This document shows positions 60,844 to 64,000 of a stretch of DNA of 64,000 nt, in pieces (the stretch's first letter is position 1; every line of letters starts with the position of its first letter). The stretch comes from Bacilli bacterium (GTDB taxonomy: Bacteria > Bacillota_I > Bacilli_A > RFN20 > CAG-826), in assembly GCA_035647455.1 (NCBI GenBank), contig DASRNI010000028.1:202736-266735 (forward strand), written 5' to 3'. Position numbers and translations under genes: made by a program. The notes beneath the pieces were generated by a model that was given only the letters and a program-made list of their open reading frames with translations, was not told the origin of the DNA and searched no databases.

Positions 60844-62382
60844 ATGCCTCGAAGGAAAAAAACATTATTAAGTTTAGTGTTCCTTTTTTCGCTTTTAGTC
60901 GTGACGAGTTGTGTGAGTGAAAACGGCACAAGCGATCAAGCGAGTTCAGATCCAGTTGTTAGTGAAAAAGAAGGCTCGACAATTGGCATGGCCACAGTAC
61001 GGGGAAAAGTACTGACCGATGCTGGTGAATTAGTCACAGCGGGAATTATTGTTGAAGACGAAGAGGGTAATACGCACCGCGTTAACACTAGTTTATATTC
61101 AGGTTACAATTTACGCTTGGATCCTGGTACTTATAAACTACATTATGTTCGTGGCTACGAATATTCAATCGTGACAAAAACAATTACGGTGGAGGCGTAC
61201 AAAACGTATTATTTACAAGATGTGCGTCTTATTCAACTTGAAGATAGTTACGCTAAAGGATGGGTTCGTGGTGATTTACATCAACATAGTTACCATTCTG
61301 ATGGTTTAAATTCTGTTCATGATGTTTTAATTAGTAACATTAGTAACGATTTGTATTTTAGTTTCTTAACTGACCATAATACTGGTCACGGTTTACCGGA
61401 ATGGGTTCAAGGTAATCGTGTTGTTGCTAATATTGATGCGCACGGTCAGGAGCGATTATTTAACGCATACGAAGGTGTTGAAGTAACAACAGAATTTGGC
61501 CATTATAATGCGCTCGGGTTAGGGTTAATTTTTGATTTATATGAAGTGACATTACGCGATGTAGAACGAAATAAACCCCAAGCCGAAAAAGATGATATTA
61601 TTCGGGAACGCATCCGCTATATTGGCGATACAATTCGCTGGATGGGTGCCGTCGCCCAAATTAATCATCCGTATTCAATCTCACATATGGGTTTCCCGTA
61701 TTGGGACGTAATTGATTCCTTTGATGTGGTGGAAATTTGGAACGGATATTTTCTCCCTTCCGATGGTCGTTATGAACCAGAACAAACATCTTATCAAGGT
61801 CAAAATTACCGCAGTAAACTTCACTGGTTTGAAACATTAAATGAAATTAAAAATGGTGGACATTATTTAGCAGCTACCGCTGGTACTGATAATCATGATA
61901 TTTCCGGGCCATATCGTCATGACCCTGATTTTGATGAAACAAATATTCAAGATTTAGCAGATTATGACAAGTTGTTCTTAAAATATGGTAAATATACTGG
62001 TTCACCATCAACTGTTGTTAAAATTGATGGAGAAATCACTGAAGAAAAAGTGCTTGAATCAATTCGCAAAGGTCATAGTTTTTTAACAAATGGGCCAATG
62101 ATTTATGCCGATATCGCTGGTAAAACTTACGGTGAAACGCTTGTTACTGCTGCGGATAATGCAACGGCTAATATTGAATTGTTCGCTCGTGACGGCTTTG
62201 AAGAATTACGAATTATTAAGAATGGTGAAGTTATTAAAACAATTGAAACAAATGATGAAAGTCGCTTAAAAACAGCAGTAGAACTAACTGATATAGAAGC
62301 TGATGATTGGTTTATTTTCGAAGTATTTGGACAAGGTGTCCAATACGCAATCAGTAATCCAATCTTTATTGCTGCACCATAA
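60844..62382 (+). CDS. Lipoprotein with carboxypeptidase-regulatory-like domain and PHP (CehA/McbA-type) metallo-phosphoesterase domain
   Basis: 512-aa ORF with lipobox LLVVTSC and an N-terminal beta-sandwich-like VRGKVLTDAGELVTAGIIVEDEEGN. PHP motifs: GDLHQHSYHSDG, NHPY and GTDNHD. Confidence 0.75.
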   Translation: MPRRKKTLLSLVFLFSLLVVTSCVSENGTSDQASSDPVVSEKEGSTIGMATVRGKVLTDAGELVTAGIIVEDEEGNTHRVNTSLYSGYNLRLDPGTYKLHYVRGYEYSIVTKTITVEAYKTYYLQDVRLIQLEDSYAKGWVRGDLHQHSYHSDGLNSVHDVLISNISNDLYFSFLTDHNTGHGLPEWVQGNRVVANIDAHGQERLFNAYEGVEVTTEFGHYNALGLGLIFDLYEVTLRDVERNKPQAEKDDIIRERIRYIGDTIRWMGAVAQINHPYSISHMGFPYWDVIDSFDVVEIWNGYFLPSDGRYEPEQTSYQGQNYRSKLHWFETLNEIKNGGHYLAATAGTDNHDISGPYRHDPDFDETNIQDLADYDKLFLKYGKYTGSPSTVVKIDGEITEEKVLESIRKGHSFLTNGPMIYADIAGKTYGETLVTAADNATANIELFARDGFEELRIIKNGEVIKTIETNDESRLKTAVELTDIEADDWFIFEVFGQGVQYAISNPIFIAAP

Positions 62383-62439
62383 ATTTGGTTATCTTAGGTA
62401 AATACCTAATTATAAATAAAGGTAACAGGAGGTTAAGAG

Positions 62440-63315
62440 ATGAAAAGAAAATTTAGTTGGCTTTTTGTAGGGTTAGCACTTGCTTCCCTCTCCGGTTGTA
62501 AACCAACACCGGAACCAAGTGAACTACCATGGAAATTTGAAGTTGGTAGCGATCAAGTTACTGAAGAGGCGCCAGATGCTGGACAATTCACTCCAACATT
62601 TACAATTAATCTTAAAATTGTTGGTGGAGCCGAGACAATTCTTTATAACGGCACTGTCACTTTAAAATCAGACACAATGTGGGGCAGTGAGTTCTTAAAG
62701 GCTGCCGTTACTGATAAAGCACTTGCCCAAGAAGGGATTGACATTGGTTTTGTCACAACGCTTGGTGATTACGTTAACAATGCCGAAGAAAACATTTATT
62801 GGCTTTACACAGTGAATGGCCGTCAACCAGATTGGGGTGTCAATGGTTACCAAATGCGCGATGGTGACTATATGCTTTGGACATATGAAGCCGTTGATTG
62901 GGAAGCACTAGTAGTTGATCCTGAACGTGAAAGTGGCGACTGGGCATTTGAAGTTGGTGCCGATCGCGTTAGTGAAGAAGCACCTGATGCTGGTCAATAT
63001 TCACCAACGTATTCAATAAACCTTAAAATCGTTGGTGGTGGTGACGATGTAATGTTTAATGGCAAAGTTACTCTAAAATCCGACACAATGTGGGGTAGTG
63101 AGTTCTTAAAAGCTGCCGTTACTGATAAAGCACTTGCCCAAGATGGCATCGATGTTGGTTTTGTCACAACGCTTGGTGACTATGTTAACAATGCTGAAGA
63201 AAATATTTATTGGCTTTACACTGTTGATGGTCGCGAACCAAGTTGGGGTGTCAATGGTTACCAAATGCGTGATGGTGACTATATGCTTTGGACGTATGCA
63301 CCTGTTGTGTGGTAA
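62440..63315 (+). CDS. Lipoprotein with two tandem DUF4430 (transcobalamin-like) domains
   Basis: 291-aa ORF with lipobox LASLSGC. It carries two ~119-aa repeats, each ending YWLYTV(N/D)G...GVNGYQMRDGDYMLWTY, the typical DUF4430 signature. Confidence 0.75.
   Translation: MKRKFSWLFVGLALASLSGCKPTPEPSELPWKFEVGSDQVTEEAPDAGQFTPTFTINLKIVGGAETILYNGTVTLKSDTMWGSEFLKAAVTDKALAQEGIDIGFVTTLGDYVNNAEENIYWLYTVNGRQPDWGVNGYQMRDGDYMLWTYEAVDWEALVVDPERESGDWAFEVGADRVSEEAPDAGQYSPTYSINLKIVGGGDDVMFNGKVTLKSDTMWGSEFLKAAVTDKALAQDGIDVGFVTTLGDYVNNAEENIYWLYTVDGREPSWGVNGYQMRDGDYMLWTYAPVVW
62530..63297 (+). repeat. Internal tandem duplication (period 411 nt) within the DUF4430 lipoprotein gene
   Basis: Unit 1 is 62530..62886 and unit 2 is 62941..63297. 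About 100 of 119 residues are identical by hand count. There are many synonymous nucleotide differences, including in the fully conserved VTLKSDTMWGSEFLKAAVTDKALAQ stretch. Confidence 0.9.
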
Positions 63316-63326
63316 TTAATTAATAA

Positions 63327-63361
63327 GGTACTTGGTGGAAAACCGCCAAGTACCATTCTTT
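63327..63361 (+). terminator. Rho-independent terminator after the DUF4430 gene
   Basis: 12-bp stem GGTACTTGGTGG-AAAA-CCGCCAAGTACC (one G-U pair) followed by ATTCTTT. Confidence 0.7.
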
Positions 63362-63381
63362 AACAAAAAGGAGATTTGAGA

Positions 63382-64000
63382 ATGAAAAAGAATAATTTTT
63401 TAGTGAAATTTATCTTGCCGTTTATTGCTGTTATTGTTGCCGCTTGTACGCCAAGTGGAAGTAGCGATAGTTCGAACGGATCAACCCCAGTTGGCGACGG
63501 AAAAACAAAGATTGCGCTGCTAATTAACGGTAATTTAGGCGACATGTCTTTTTTCGACTCGGCTGCAGCAGGAATGGAGAAGTTTAAAAAAGATTATCCA
63601 GAAGTTGTTGTTGATATTGTTGAAATGGGTACAGATAACACTAGGTGGGAGCCGACATTAAGGTTAACGGCAAATGATGATTATGATTTAATTATTGTTG
63701 GAACTAACGATATGCGCGAACCATTGCAACGTGTTACAAAAAACAAGCGCTATGACGACAAACGATTTATTCTTTTTGATGCTGAAATCGAAGATGATAA
63801 AGCCGCGGACTATCCAACAGTACATTCCGTGCTCTTCAAACAAAATGAAGGTGGATATTTAGCGGGTGCACTTGCAGCGTTAATGACGCTTGATGCTAAT
63901 AAAACAAAAACCGGTTTTATCGGTGGGATGAAAATTGATATTATTAATGACTTTGGCTACGGTTTTATGCAAGGCGTGAATAAAGTCAACGATGCACTCG
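63382..64000 (+). CDS. BMP-family (PnrA/Med/TmpC-like) ABC transporter substrate-binding lipoprotein, 3'-truncated by the window end
   Basis: ATG 63382 follows AAAGGAG. Signal peptide is MKKNNFLVKFILPFIAVIVAAC (lipobox), followed by KIALLINGNLGDMSFFDSA...LIIVG...QNEGGYLAGALAA, typical of BMP nucleoside-binding proteins. The frame is open to the end of the window. Confidence 0.8.
   Translation, partial: MKKNNFLVKFILPFIAVIVAACTPSGSSDSSNGSTPVGDGKTKIALLINGNLGDMSFFDSAAAGMEKFKKDYPEVVVDIVEMGTDNTRWEPTLRLTANDDYDLIIVGTNDMREPLQRVTKNKRYDDKRFILFDAEIEDDKAADYPTVHSVLFKQNEGGYLAGALAALMTLDANKTKTGFIGGMKIDIINDFGYGFMQGVNKVNDAL

Noticed and set aside
60626-60931. ORFs 60626..60931 (minus) and 60684..60920 (plus) upstream of and overlapping the PHP lipoprotein start
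   Set aside because: They span the AT-rich promoter, palindrome and RBS of the 60844 gene and overlap its signal peptide. They have no RBS, and the translations are low-complexity and Lys/Phe-rich.

Overview
64-kb chromosomal window from a low-GC bacterium using genetic code 11 (TGA is a stop, TGG is Trp). Gene content and synteny point to Bacillota, most like an Acholeplasma-type Mollicute or a close relative; this is inference only. The supporting features are cdaA-glmM, a yjbK-like CYTH gene next to nadK, ylbF-rsmD-coaD, rnj, spx, many Cys-lipobox lipoproteins, oversized Opp components and a fused ABC ATPase-permease. Positions 1-24.5 kb are tightly packed housekeeping genes. Positions 24.7-33.2 kb are an oppABCDF-type operon with unusual insertions. 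Positions 34-44 kb hold gltX, a repeat-rich membrane protein, a TetR-MMPL pair and two tandem CNNM/CorC paralogs. The most interesting stretch is 44.4-48.5 kb. It is a compact seven-gene Tad/Flp-like type IV filament cluster: a T2SS/T4P-family ATPase, two TadB/TadC-like platform proteins, a TadE-like pseudopilin, and a 52-aa pilin-like ORF that is absent from the supplied ORF track. Directly downstream lie tRNA-Asn and tRNA-Glu, followed by an accessory region (49-60 kb). There the 3' end of tRNA-Glu plus its terminator hairpin is reiterated behind successive single-gene cassettes: a Doc/Fic-like protein with a His-to-Gln motif change, an AAA+ ATPase with a PD-(D/E)xK-like tail, a zinc-ribbon membrane protein and a small lipoprotein. 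The hairpin recurs again behind an alpha-galactoside utilisation module. The window ends with a cluster of surface lipoproteins: a PHP phosphoesterase, an internally duplicated DUF4430 protein and a BMP nucleoside-binding protein. There are four tRNAs. I saw no rRNA, CRISPR array, integrase or transposase. All family assignments are by eye from motifs and need HMM or BLAST confirmation.
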